A stretch of DNA of 15,400 nucleotides from Chthonomonadales bacterium (GTDB lineage: Bacteria > Armatimonadota > Chthonomonadetes > Chthonomonadales > Chthonomonadaceae): NCBI GenBank assembly GCA_038217285.1, contig JBBQPO010000147.1:1-15400 (forward strand), read 5' to 3'. The notes under the pieces are model-generated. The model was not told where the DNA came from, did not search any database, and saw only the letters and a list, made by a program, of their open reading frames with translations. The position numbers and the translations under genes were made by a program. Positions 1 to 10,487 of the stretch are shown one piece after another. Position 1 is the stretch's first letter. Each line of letters opens with the position of its first letter.

Positions 1-91
1 CCTTCAGGCACCCCAAATCCTTCGCTTCCGCGCGAAGGATGACAAGGAAGCCCTTCAGGCACCCCAAATCCTTCGCTTCCGCGCGAAGGAT
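1..91. repeat. Tandem doublet of a 40-bp REP-like palindromic unit, possibly also the asnS terminator
   Basis: CCTTCAGGCACCCCAAATCCTTCGCTTCCGCGCGAAGGAT is identical at 1-40 and 52-91 (period 51). Each copy contains the inverted repeat ATCCTTCG-N8-CGAAGGAT, and copy 1 ends in GGATGACA. It lies 12 bp downstream of the asnS stop and may continue left of the window. Confidence 0.85.
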
Positions 92-103
92 TTCGGCAGG
101 CCG

Positions 104-1507
<1,404 letters not shown>

Positions 1508-1571
1508 GATCCGATCCCGCCTCGCTTCCCGTTCATTCACACTGTCGTTTCTGCCTTCCGCCCGCAGATTC

Positions 1572-1664
1572 CTGCTCGCTGAAATCGAGAGACAGAGCGG
1601 GCATCCGTTCGACGCCCAGGTGGTCGCGGCGTTTCGCACCCTGCGGCACACCGATCTGCTCTAA
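1572..1664 (+). pseudogene. Relic of the C-terminal end of an HD-GYP (c-di-GMP phosphodiesterase-type) gene
   Basis: The frame reads [30 protein letters not shown]. This resembles the HD-GYP terminal motif (AL.EI.R.SG.QFDP.VV.AF). No HD or GYP core lies upstream, where the frame runs into the asnS start region. Confidence 0.6.
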
Positions 1665-1743
1665 AAGGAAAACTCTTCGTCGGCGGTGAACGGAAGGCCC
1701 AACAACACCGTGAGGCGCTTCAGGCGTAAGAGGGAGACCTGGC

Positions 1744-3102
1744 ATGGCAAACAGCACAGCAAATGGTGGAGAGGATTCGTTCGGCAGGGTCGGCGCGGCG
1801 GAGTTCCGGGAGCGGCGGGAACGGCTGCGCGCCGCCTGTCCGGAAGGGCTATTGATCGTGCGCGGAGGGACGGAGGACGAGGCGCAGGCCGGAACCCGCT
1901 ACCGTCAGAACAGCCCATTCTTCTATCTCACCGGGGTAGAGGCCCCAGGCGCATTTCTGGCGCTGCTGCCGGCCCATGTCCCGGCCCAGTCCGGGGTACG
2001 CGGCGCCCGTGCGGAGGTACGCGAACTGCTGTTCCTGCCCCCTCGCGATCCCGGCGCGGAGACATGGACCGGGCCGAAGCTCGGCCCCGGCCCGGAGACG
2101 GAAGCCCTGACCGGGATGACCATTCTGAACTCGGCGCAGTTTATCGGCGCCTGCACCGACTGGATTCGCCGTTGCCCACGGGTAGGGACGCTGCTGCCCT
2201 TCGGGCCGAATGCTCGCCTGACCCGGGAGGCGGCCCTGCTGCAGCGAATCTCCGACCACGCTCCTGCGGTCCAGTTCTTCGACATCGCTCCCTGGCTGGC
2301 GCAACTACGCGCCGTGAAATCGCAGGTGGAGATCGAACTGCTGCGCCACGCGATCGCCATTACCGTCGCGGGCCAGGAGGCCGCGCGAGCGGTGATCGCG
2401 CAGGGCGCCGGCAAACGGGAGTACGAGGTCGAGGCGGCTATCTGCGCGACGTTTCGCCGTCAGGGAGCGGTGACCGGCTTCCCCACCATCATCGGCAGCG
2501 GCTTCAACGCCACGGTTCTGCACTATGAGGACAACGATCAACTCCTGCAGGAGGGCGATCTGGTCGTGGTGGACATCGGTGCACGACACAGCCACTACAG
2601 TGGCGACATTACCCGCACCTACCCGGTTGGCGGCAAATTCTCGCCGCGTCAGCGCGAGATCTACCAGCTCGTTCTGGCCGCCCATGACGTGGTGGTCTCC
2701 GGCTACAGGCCCGGAAAAGATACCCTCTCTTCTCTCAATGAACGCTGCAGGCAGTTCCTCCGCGCTTCGTCGCTGCGGGCCAGAAACCATACAGGCACGG
2801 AGCAGACGATGGACACCTTCCTGCCCCACCGCCTCGGCCACCACCTCGGCCTCGATGTGCACGATCTGACGGCGCTGATCGGCAGCAACAGCCTGGATGT
2901 CTATGGTGAGAACGGTCGCGAAGAGCCCCTGACCCCGGGCGCTGTCATCACCATCGAACCCGGCCTCTACATCCCCTCCGAAAGCCTGGGCGTCCGCCTT
3001 GAAGACGACTACCTTGTCACGGAGACCGGACTGGAACTCCTCGGCCCCCAGTTCGCTATAGAAACCGATGACCTGGAAGCGATCATGGCGACGATAGCCT
3101 AA
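1744..3102 (+). CDS. pepP: Xaa-Pro aminopeptidase (peptidase M24B, aminopeptidase P), 452 aa
   Basis: AMP_N-type motif YRQNSPFFYLTGVEAP and LRAVKSQVEI linker. Metal ligands are present in VVDIGA, GDITRT, HHLGLDVHD, TIEPG and RLEDD. RBS GGGGAG precedes the ATG. Confidence 0.92.
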   Translation: MANSTANGGEDSFGRVGAAEFRERRERLRAACPEGLLIVRGGTEDEAQAGTRYRQNSPFFYLTGVEAPGAFLALLPAHVPAQSGVRGARAEVRELLFLPPRDPGAETWTGPKLGPGPETEALTGMTILNSAQFIGACTDWIRRCPRVGTLLPFGPNARLTREAALLQRISDHAPAVQFFDIAPWLAQLRAVKSQVEIELLRHAIAITVAGQEAARAVIAQGAGKREYEVEAAICATFRRQGAVTGFPTIIGSGFNATVLHYEDNDQLLQEGDLVVVDIGARHSHYSGDITRTYPVGGKFSPRQREIYQLVLAAHDVVVSGYRPGKDTLSSLNERCRQFLRASSLRARNHTGTEQTMDTFLPHRLGHHLGLDVHDLTALIGSNSLDVYGENGREEPLTPGAVITIEPGLYIPSESLGVRLEDDYLVTETGLELLGPQFAIETDDLEAIMATIA

Positions 3103-3147
3103 CCTGGCATAGCCAGAACCAAACAGGGAATCGCTGCTCCTGAGAAA

Positions 3148-4269
3148 TTAAAGATGCTTCGCGAGCCACTCCCAGGCGGAGGCGTCGTGGAACTCGTGGC
3201 CGCCCTCGAAAACGAGGAAGCGAAAATCCTCGGCGCGATGCAGACCCTGGTAGTAAGCGGCCGCCTGCGGTGCCAGCAGTTTGCCGGGCTCACGGTGGCT
3301 GGCGTTGTCCGTGGAGCCCGCCTGGATCTCCAACGGGCGCGGGCAGATCAGCGCGACGATCTCCGAATCGCGCAGCAGCGTAAATCGGTTTTTGAACCTG
3401 AAGTCCGATGGCACCCCGAGTTCGTCCTGCGCGTAGCGGCCCTCCTGCACACCGAAGTAGCAACTGGAGACCGCCGTCTTGATGCGCGGCTCCAGCGCCG
3501 GAACCACCAGCGTGTAGTAGCCGCCATAAGACAGACCGACCATCGCCACCCGCTTCGGATCGACCTCGGGCCGCTTGAGCAGAACATCCAGGCTGCGCGC
3601 GATTTTGGCGATCTCGACGGCGGTCAGACTCGTCCCAACGAGCCGCATCCGCTCGTCGATGCGGTTGCGAATGTCGCCGGGAGAGTTTGGAGCCGAAAAA
3701 AGATGCGTCGGCGCGAAGACCACATAGCCGCGTTTGACCCCGCCTCGCACCATGTCATGGTAGTTCGCGCCGCCATGAAACAGCGCGACATCGGGAGAGC
3801 CGCCTCCACCATGCATCGAGATCACCAGCGGCGCACGCCCCTTCAGCCCCTTGGGCACGATGTAGATGCCATCGGTATGTACGCCGGGCAGCACGGAGAT
3901 GCGCGCCCGGTAGTAGGTGGCGAGGGCGTCCTCGCCCATCAACGTAAAGGTCGGCGCTTCGGCGTCGGGCTTGCCGGGCGGCGGATATCCGATACTATCG
4001 GCGAATGCTTGCCGCAACCGCTTCGTCGAGGCTTCGTAAGCTCTCGGCGACGTATAGTCAGGCGTAAAGAGCGCGTGCAGCCGCGTGGAGTCGCCTTTCA
4101 AGCCGATAATGTAGCCATCCAACTCCTTCACCTGTTCGGCGCGTATCGGATCCGAGGCTTTTACTTCCTGTTCATAGTAGGTCACGAGGGGCTTCTCCTG
4201 CGCCTGCAATAGAGGCGTTGCCCAAAGCAGAGCCGTCAGGCACATAAGAGGACGAATAAACAGCTTCAT
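3148..4269 (-). CDS. Secreted alpha/beta-hydrolase (dienelactone hydrolase / acetylxylan esterase-like), ~373 aa
   Basis: Signal peptide MKLFIRPLMCLTALLWATPLLQA-Q, then PLVISMHGGGG and the nucleophile elbow GLSYGG. Putative catalytic Asp in GSTDN and His in FEGGHEF. ATG 4269 has AGGAG upstream. Confidence 0.85.
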   Translation of the reverse strand: MKLFIRPLMCLTALLWATPLLQAQEKPLVTYYEQEVKASDPIRAEQVKELDGYIIGLKGDSTRLHALFTPDYTSPRAYEASTKRLRQAFADSIGYPPPGKPDAEAPTFTLMGEDALATYYRARISVLPGVHTDGIYIVPKGLKGRAPLVISMHGGGGSPDVALFHGGANYHDMVRGGVKRGYVVFAPTHLFSAPNSPGDIRNRIDERMRLVGTSLTAVEIAKIARSLDVLLKRPEVDPKRVAMVGLSYGGYYTLVVPALEPRIKTAVSSCYFGVQEGRYAQDELGVPSDFRFKNRFTLLRDSEIVALICPRPLEIQAGSTDNASHREPGKLLAPQAAAYYQGLHRAEDFRFLVFEGGHEFHDASAWEWLAKHL

Positions 4270-4338
4270 ACCAGCATTCTCCTGTGCCACCCGTTTTACG
4301 GACGACGAAAAAACAACGCCATACTCCCCAGCAGCAGG

Positions 4339-6600
4339 TTAGAAAAGCCGACCGAGGGCAAAGTAGGCGGAGAGGCTGCCCTGCTGTGTCAGGCTGGCAC
4401 CCGCGAAGGCGGTGCCCAGGAAGGTCTCCGCCACCACGCCCGACGTCACACTGGTATGGTAGGACGCATGCGGGGCGTCCTCGAACGCGCTGCCTGTCTC
4501 CACCCAGCCGCCCAGATAGACCTTGCCTCCGATGGAGGGTAAGAACTGCGCCACTCGGTGCAGAACGCCGATATTTCCGTAGAGGTAGGCGCTGCCCTGA
4601 AAGAGATTGCGCGTATAACCACCGATTCGGAACGGCCCGCCGAGCGTAAACTGCTGAAGCGGAGAGACGTGGGTGCCGAAGGAGGTTCCTGCCCCCACAA
4701 TTCCGAAAAGAAGGTTGGAACGCTGTCGGTCCAGCGGCAGGAAGACCGACGCATTGGCCTCCAGTTGCGGCACGGTTCGCCCGCTCTGCCCCGGCGCATG
4801 AAAGTACAAAGAGCCAACGGTCGCGACTTTGACGCCATGGGTTGGAACCAGCGCCCGGTCCTGCCGATCGAGAGTCCAGCGAAGGGTGCCCACGCTTGTT
4901 TCGCCATTGTAACGAGGAAGCGTCGGGTCGCCGCTTCGCAGCGAGGTTCCGGCGTGATAGAGGGCGTAACCTACGCGCAGTTCACTGGCCCGACTGAGCG
5001 TATAGCCGAGATCGAACCCGACCCCGAGGCGTTCGTAACGATACTCGCCCACCCGAGAGTCGCTCTGCACGATGTCGCGGATGGATCTATCGTAGAAGAG
5101 GCGCGGCGCGGCGAACCATCCGTTGCGGCCCAACGGGCGAAAATACTCCGAAGCCAGTAAGGTTCGCGACCCCAAGCTCAGATCGTTGCGCAACTCCGCA
5201 TCCCGTTCCCCGAAATCGTAGGCCGTCAACCGCCCGCGTAACGAGAAACCAACATCGTTGGTGTCGCTGTTGTTGACATCGACACCGAGGTTGACGAACG
5301 GTGGGCCGTAGTACTTCTCCTTGACCCGAATGCGCAGTCCCTCCCCACGTCCCGCCTCCTTCGTCTTTTCGTAACTCAGACTCTCATAGCGGCCCGAGCC
5401 GGTGAGGGTCGTCAGATCGCTCTCGAACTGTTTGAGGACAGGCTGTTTGTTGATGGGCTGCCCGACATAGCGCGAAAACTGGCCGCTCAACTGGGTATAT
5501 ATGCGTTTCGGGTTGTCGGCCTCCACCACCTCGATAAAGCGGGGCCGGAACTCCTGCTGATTCCGCGCCCGGGCAGCGTCACGCTTCGCCGCGTACTCCT
5601 GCCATGCCGCCTCATCGACTCCCGCCGCCTGCCGCAGAGCCATAAGAGCCGCGCGATTGCGCTCTGCTGCTTCATGTCCGCGATCGGCGATCGCCTCGCC
5701 GTTCTCATGCTCCAGGAGGATATGCGTAAGGTCCGGTGAGATCAGCACGTCTTGCGGCTGCAGTTGTTTGATGGTGCGCTTGACATTGGAGACGATGATG
5801 TCGGAGAGAGTCAAAACAAACAGATCCAGAAAGGAGGGGTTGCCAGCGCGCGCGTTGGCGGGCGGATTATCGGGGGACAACGGGGTGACGTTGACGACGA
5901 TGAGCATGTCCGCATGCATCGCCCGCGCCACATCGGCGGGCAGGTTGTCGTAGACGCCGCCGTCCACCAGGTTGCGGCCATCGATTTTGACCGGAGTGAA
6001 GACCACCGGAATCGCGCTGCTCGCACGCATGGCACGTGGCAGAATGCCATGCGTCAAAATAACGGACTGCGCGGAGTCGAGATCGGTCGCGACCGCATGG
6101 AAGGGGATGGGCAGGGCATCGAAGTCGGTGATATCGGAATAGGGAAGCGTATAGCGGCTCAACAGCAGGCCAAGCGGATGCGCGGGATCGAGTCCGGAAG
6201 GCAAGTGTATACCGTTCCGCAGACCGAACTCCAGCTTGACAGGATAGTCGTGGCGATCTTCCTTACGCCGAAAGGTGAGATCGGAATAGTAGGGCTCCCC
6301 GCTGAGAAAGGCGTCCCACGGTTCACTATGGGTCAAACCGCGCATCTGGGCAGGCGTGGTGCCGGTCGCATAGAAGCCGCCGACCATGCCGCCGAAGCTC
6401 GTTCCAGCGATGCAGTCGATCGGAATCTTGTTCTCTTCGAGCCACTCCAGCACCCCGAGGTGCGCCCAGCCCAGCGTGGCCCCTCCTCCCAACACCAGTC
6501 CGATCCGCTTGCGTTTCGGCGCTGCGGTCTCCTGCGCATGGGCCATTCCGACGGTCAGCAGGATCAGCAGCAGGGCTGCCGGCAGTACACGCAACCGCAT
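4339..6600 (-). CDS. Patatin-like phospholipase fused to a POTRA-like linker and C-terminal Omp85/BamA-type beta-barrel (PlpD-like, type Vd), 753 aa
   Basis: Signal peptide ending AHA-Q, glycine-rich loop LVLGGGATLGWAH, GTSFG nucleophile, MRASSAIPVVFTP and DGG catalytic Asp. The C-terminal half has amphipathic strands, LDRQDRALVPTHG, FTLGGPFRIGGY and a terminal aromatic residue (YFALGRLF). Confidence 0.88.
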   Translation of the reverse strand: MRLRVLPAALLLILLTVGMAHAQETAAPKRKRIGLVLGGGATLGWAHLGVLEWLEENKIPIDCIAGTSFGGMVGGFYATGTTPAQMRGLTHSEPWDAFLSGEPYYSDLTFRRKEDRHDYPVKLEFGLRNGIHLPSGLDPAHPLGLLLSRYTLPYSDITDFDALPIPFHAVATDLDSAQSVILTHGILPRAMRASSAIPVVFTPVKIDGRNLVDGGVYDNLPADVARAMHADMLIVVNVTPLSPDNPPANARAGNPSFLDLFVLTLSDIIVSNVKRTIKQLQPQDVLISPDLTHILLEHENGEAIADRGHEAAERNRAALMALRQAAGVDEAAWQEYAAKRDAARARNQQEFRPRFIEVVEADNPKRIYTQLSGQFSRYVGQPINKQPVLKQFESDLTTLTGSGRYESLSYEKTKEAGRGEGLRIRVKEKYYGPPFVNLGVDVNNSDTNDVGFSLRGRLTAYDFGERDAELRNDLSLGSRTLLASEYFRPLGRNGWFAAPRLFYDRSIRDIVQSDSRVGEYRYERLGVGFDLGYTLSRASELRVGYALYHAGTSLRSGDPTLPRYNGETSVGTLRWTLDRQDRALVPTHGVKVATVGSLYFHAPGQSGRTVPQLEANASVFLPLDRQRSNLLFGIVGAGTSFGTHVSPLQQFTLGGPFRIGGYTRNLFQGSAYLYGNIGVLHRVAQFLPSIGGKVYLGGWVETGSAFEDAPHASYHTSVTSGVVAETFLGTAFAGASLTQQGSLSAYFALGRLF

Positions 6601-6747
6601 CCTCGTTTTCTCCTCCCCTGATTCATGGCGTCATGCTGCGACGAATCAGGCTGCAAAACTGCCCTGTAGTTCGCTGCCGGAGAGGAGAACTCCTCTTCCC
6701 GCACGTCGCACTGCGAGACTGCGACGTCGCATTCTCAAGGATCAGAG

Positions 6748-6777
6748 CAAAAGGGAGCGTCTCGGCGCCTCTCTTTG
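6748..6777 (-). terminator. Candidate intrinsic terminator hairpin downstream of the BON gene
   Basis: CAAAAGGGAGCG-TCTCGG-CGCCTCTCTTTG is an imperfect stem with short T runs on both strands, ~20 bp past the BON gene stop. Confidence 0.4.
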
Positions 6778-6798
6778 ATGTGTGTGGACGCGCAGGCT

Positions 6799-7146
6799 CT
6801 ACGGCTGTACGCGCAGGTCTTTCGCCTCGATATGGTCTACGCCCCGAATGCCGTCTACCGTATTGATGACACGCTGCTTCTCTTCCTGGTTGCGCACATG
6901 CCCGCTCAGCGTTACCGTTCCGCCCGACACCTCGATATGCAGACCGCTCATATCGACGCCCTTGCGCAGCGACAGCACGGAGTTGACCTTGCCTGCAAGC
7001 GCCGCGCTGCCGAGAGACTGCCCCGTATCTTTCGCCAGCGTCGCCGTATCCTGCGTAATATGCTGTGCATCCTGGCTGTTGCAGCCCGAGAGCAGTCCCA
7101 GCAGCAATAACAGCGCCCCAGTCCGCCCAACCTGTTTAAGTTGCAT
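6799..7146 (-). CDS. BON-domain lipoprotein, 115 aa
   Basis: Lipobox LLSG-C after a hydrophobic stretch. BON signature: LAGKVNSVL...LHIEVSGGTVTLSGHV...VDGIRGVDHIE..DLRV. Confidence 0.88.
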   Translation of the reverse strand: MQLKQVGRTGALLLLLGLLSGCNSQDAQHITQDTATLAKDTGQSLGSAALAGKVNSVLSLRKGVDMSGLHIEVSGGTVTLSGHVRNQEEKQRVINTVDGIRGVDHIEAKDLRVQP

Positions 7147-7343
7147 TTTCGGTTTCCTCTCTTGCGGCGCCGTCCTGAGTCACCGCTCCGAAACTCATAT
7201 ACGTCGCATGCCGCTTGAAGTTTCAAACCGGTGTCTCCCCATAGCCCGGTCGGCCCCTCCGAATGTGGGAACAACGCGCTGTTTACAGGCGTCTCTGTGC
7301 TCAGAGGGCGGGTATATCCTCCCTCTATTTAGAAGGAGTAATA

Positions 7344-7625
7344 ATGATGATCCCTATCGATAATATCACGCGCAAAGGCCGTATCGCCTCTGCTCTCGCT
7401 TGTGCCCTTGTTCTGTCCAGCGCGCTCTGCCTGCCGCTGCAGGCGCAGACTCAGAAGCGCAGTTGGTTCCACCGCCATCCCACCGCGACGACTGCGGGAG
7501 CCGGGGTCGGAGCCTATGCACTGGCGAAACACAGTAAACACGGCGTCTTCCATCGCCACCCGATCGCCACCGGAGTCGGTGCGGCCGTGATCGCGCATCA
7601 CTATGCGAAGAAGCACACGCGTTAG
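7344..7625 (+). CDS. Small secreted His/Lys-rich protein with two FHRHP...glycine-zipper-like repeats, 93 aa
   Basis: Strong RBS AAGGAG just upstream of ATG 7344. Signal peptide (RKGR + hydrophobic stretch + PLQA-Q). Internal duplication WFHRHPTATTAGAGVGAYALAKH / VFHRHPIATGVGAAVIAHHYAKKH. Confidence 0.8.
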   Translation: MMIPIDNITRKGRIASALACALVLSSALCLPLQAQTQKRSWFHRHPTATTAGAGVGAYALAKHSKHGVFHRHPIATGVGAAVIAHHYAKKHTR

Positions 7626-7664
7626 AACGTGAGAATCCGCCCCGCCCCCACGGAGCGCGAATTC

Positions 7665-7730
7665 CTGACAACAAGGCCGTCTCGAACTCACCCGTTTGGG
7701 CAGTTAGCGACGGCCTTTGTGCGTCGTCAG
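7665..7730. terminator. Long imperfect hairpin between convergent genes (probable bidirectional terminator or stability element)
   Basis: ACAAGGCCGTC (7671-7681) pairs with GACGGCCTTTGT (7709-7720). Outer pair CTGAC/GTCAG, inner pairs AACT/AGTT and CCC/GGG. Confidence 0.55.
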
Positions 7731-7745
7731 CACGCTTCCAGGGCG

Positions 7746-10364
7746 TTACGCTGCGGTCTGCCCCTGGCTCTCCTGTTTGTGGAAGAGCAGGCGTCCCTCC
7801 TGATCGGCATCGACCTCGATATGTTCGCCTTCGCGGAAATCGCCGGAGAGGAGCCGCTGGGAGAGAGGGTCCGCGATGAGGCGCTGAATGGCGCGTTTTA
7901 GCGGACGCGCGCCATAGATCGGATCGTATCCGGCGATAGCGATCGCCTCCTCGGCGGTGGGCGTCAGCGTCAGGGTAAGCTTGCGCTCCGCGAGACGTTT
8001 GCGCAGTTGGCCGAGCTGAATCTCCACGATATGCTTGATCTGCTCGAGCGAGAGGCTGCGGAAGAGCAGGATCTCATCGATACGGTTCAGGAACTCGGGC
8101 CGGAAGTGATGCTGCACAGCGTCCAGAACGCGCTCCTTCATACCGACAGGATCGGTCTGCGCCAGCTCCTGGATCACCATGCTGCCGATGTTCGAGGTCA
8201 TGATGACGACCGTGTTGCGGAAATCCACCGTGCGGCCCTGCCCATCGGTCAGGCGTCCATCGTCGAGCAGTTGCAGCAGGACGTTGAAGACGTCCGGATG
8301 CGCTTTTTCGATCTCGTCGAGGAGCAGAACGCTGTAGGGTCGGCGGCGCACCGCCTCGGTGAGCTGGCCGCCTTCGTCGTAGCCGACGTAGCCGGGCGGC
8401 GCGCCGATCAGGCGAGAAACGGCGTGTTTCTCCATATACTCGCTCATGTCGATGCGGACCATCGCGCGCTCGTCATCGAAGAGAAACTCGGCGAGCGCCC
8501 GGGCAAGCTCGGTCTTGCCGACTCCTGTCGGACCCAGGAAGAGGAACGAGCCTATGGGCCGGTTGGGATCGGAGAGGCCCGAGCGCGAGCGGCGCACGGC
8601 GTTGGAGACGGCCAGAACCGCCTCTTCCTGCCCGACCACGCGGGCGTGCAGACGCTCCTCCATCTGGAGCAGCTTCTTCATCTCGCCTTCGAGGAGACGG
8701 CTGACAGGGATGCCGGTCCACTTCCCGACGATCTCGGCGATGTCGTCGGCCGTGACCTCCTCCTGCAGCATCGGCTTGCCGTCGCCCTGCATGGAGACAA
8801 GCTCCTTCTGCTCCTCCTCCTGGCGTTTCAGCAGCTCGTGCATCGTGCCGTAGCGAAGCTCCGCCGCCTTGCCAAGATCACCGGTACGCTCGGCGGCTTC
8901 GGCGTCGAGGCGGGTCTGCTCGATCTCTTTCTTCGTGGTGCGGCTCTTCTCGATGACAGCCTTTTCATTTTCCCACCGCGCCCGCAGGTGGCTGCTGTTC
9001 TCGCGCAGTTCGCTGAGCTCCTGTTCGATCTTGGCGAGGCGCTCCTTGCCAGCGGCGTCGGTCTCCTTCTGGAGGGCGACGCGTTCGATCTCGAGCTGGC
9101 GGATGCGCCGCTCCACGGTGTCGATCTCGACCGGCATCGAGTCGATCTCGATGCGCAGGCGGGAGGCCGCTTCGTCCATCAGGTCGATCGCCTTGTCAGG
9201 CAGAAATCGGTCGGCGATATAGCGGCTGGAGAGCACGGCGGCGGCGACCAGGGCGCTGTCGGTGATGCGGATGCCGTGGTGGACCTCGTACTTCTCTTTC
9301 AGCCCGCGCAGAATGCCGATGGTGTCCTCCACGCTCGGCTCCCCGACGAAGACAGGCTGAAACCGACGTTCCAGGGCCGCGTCTTTTTCGATATGCTTGC
9401 GATACTCGTTCAGCGTGGTCGCGCCGACGCAGCGCAGTTCGCCGCGCGCGAGCATCGGCTTGAGCAGGTTGGAGGCGTCCATCGCGCCCTCCGCCGCGCC
9501 CGCCCCGATGAGCGTGTGCATCTCATCGATGAAGAGGATCACCTGTCCGTCGCTGTCGGTAATCTCTTTGAGTACCGCTTTCAGGCGCTCTTCGAACTCC
9601 CCGCGGAACTTGGCTCCGGCGACGAGCGCGCCCAGATCCAACCCCACGACGCGCTTCTCTTTGAGCCCCTCCGGAACATCGCCCTCGACGATCCGCTGCG
9701 CAAGCCCCTCGACGATGGCGGTCTTCCCGACGCCGGGCTCCCCGATCAGAACAGGGTTGTTTTTGGTGCGGCGCGACAGCACCTGGATCACACGCCGGAT
9801 CTCCTCGTCGCGTCCGATGACCGGGTCGAGCTTCTGCTTGCGGGCCGCTTCCGTCAGATCGCGCCCATACTTCTCCAGCGCGCGGAACTTCTCTTCCGGG
9901 TTCTGGTCCGTCACGCGCTGTCCGCCGCGCACCGTCACCAGCGCCTGGAGCGCGTTCTCGGGGGTGACGCCCTGCGACTTCAGCAGCCGGCCCGCCGCGC
10001 CCTGCGTATCGGCAACGATGCCAAGCAGGAGGTGTTCGGTACTGACATACTCGTCCTTCATGCGCTCGGCTTCGGCAAAGGCGGTATTGAGTACGCTGCG
10101 CATCCGGGGCGTAAAGCTGCCACCGACCTCCGCCGATCCCTGAATCTTCGGGAGGCGAGCGAGTTCGGCATCGATCTGCTGAGCCAGCAGTCCCACATTG
10201 ACGCCCAGCTTCTGCAGCAGGGGCAGGGTGACCCCTTCGGCCTGCTGCAGTAGCGCCGCCAGCAGATGCTCGACATCGATCTGCACATTCTGGTTATGCT
10301 CGGCAAGCGTCTGGGCCTGCTGGATCGCTTCCTGAGCCTTGATGGTGAGTTTGTCCATTCGCAT
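7746..10364 (-). CDS. clpB: ATP-dependent chaperone ClpB, ~872 aa
   Basis: Clp N-terminal repeats. NBD1 has [13 protein letters not shown], Walker A GEPGVGKT and Walker B LFIDEMH, followed by a long coiled-coil middle domain. NBD2 has [19 protein letters not shown] and [10 protein letters not shown], then [10 protein letters not shown]. No IGF/LGF ClpP-binding loop is evident. Start MRMDK has GGGAG RBS. Confidence 0.97.
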   Translation of the reverse strand: MRMDKLTIKAQEAIQQAQTLAEHNQNVQIDVEHLLAALLQQAEGVTLPLLQKLGVNVGLLAQQIDAELARLPKIQGSAEVGGSFTPRMRSVLNTAFAEAERMKDEYVSTEHLLLGIVADTQGAAGRLLKSQGVTPENALQALVTVRGGQRVTDQNPEEKFRALEKYGRDLTEAARKQKLDPVIGRDEEIRRVIQVLSRRTKNNPVLIGEPGVGKTAIVEGLAQRIVEGDVPEGLKEKRVVGLDLGALVAGAKFRGEFEERLKAVLKEITDSDGQVILFIDEMHTLIGAGAAEGAMDASNLLKPMLARGELRCVGATTLNEYRKHIEKDAALERRFQPVFVGEPSVEDTIGILRGLKEKYEVHHGIRITDSALVAAAVLSSRYIADRFLPDKAIDLMDEAASRLRIEIDSMPVEIDTVERRIRQLEIERVALQKETDAAGKERLAKIEQELSELRENSSHLRARWENEKAVIEKSRTTKKEIEQTRLDAEAAERTGDLGKAAELRYGTMHELLKRQEEEQKELVSMQGDGKPMLQEEVTADDIAEIVGKWTGIPVSRLLEGEMKKLLQMEERLHARVVGQEEAVLAVSNAVRRSRSGLSDPNRPIGSFLFLGPTGVGKTELARALAEFLFDDERAMVRIDMSEYMEKHAVSRLIGAPPGYVGYDEGGQLTEAVRRRPYSVLLLDEIEKAHPDVFNVLLQLLDDGRLTDGQGRTVDFRNTVVIMTSNIGSMVIQELAQTDPVGMKERVLDAVQHHFRPEFLNRIDEILLFRSLSLEQIKHIVEIQLGQLRKRLAERKLTLTLTPTAEEAIAIAGYDPIYGARPLKRAIQRLIADPLSQRLLSGDFREGEHIEVDADQEGRLLFHKQESQGQTAA

Positions 10365-10441
10365 AGTTGATGTCTCCCTGGCTGCGACCTGGCAGAAAGA
10401 GCCGTCACAGAGCAAAATGCAGCCTTACATACTGCAAGACT

Positions 10442-10470
10442 ATCATACCACTTTAGTGTGTTGTTGTCAA
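10442..10470 (-). promoter_or_regulatory. sigma70-type promoter for clpB
   Basis: On the minus strand: TTGACA (10470-10465), 17 bp spacer, TATGAT (10447-10442), ~78 bp upstream of the clpB start. Confidence 0.75.
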
Positions 10471-10487
10471 TTGACAATGTGAGCTAT

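Noticed and set aside
1-91. CRISPR array
   Set aside because: Only two repeats separated by 11 bp, too short for a spacer, and no cas genes are present. It fits a REP-like doublet better.
1508-1651. N-terminal extension of AsnS predicted by the ORF track
   Set aside because: Homology begins at MIEKGG (1507), which has an RBS-like sequence. The extension is the antisense of the HD-GYP relic.
6681-6730. Short hairpins upstream of the patatin gene (GAGGAG/CTCCTC, CGTCGCA/TGCGACG) as a riboswitch
   Set aside because: The stems are short, expected by chance in GC-rich DNA, and show no known aptamer motif.
8007-10253. 748-aa ORF antisense to clpB
   Set aside because: Shadow ORF arising from GC-rich codon bias on the opposite strand of a conserved gene, with no recognisable motifs.
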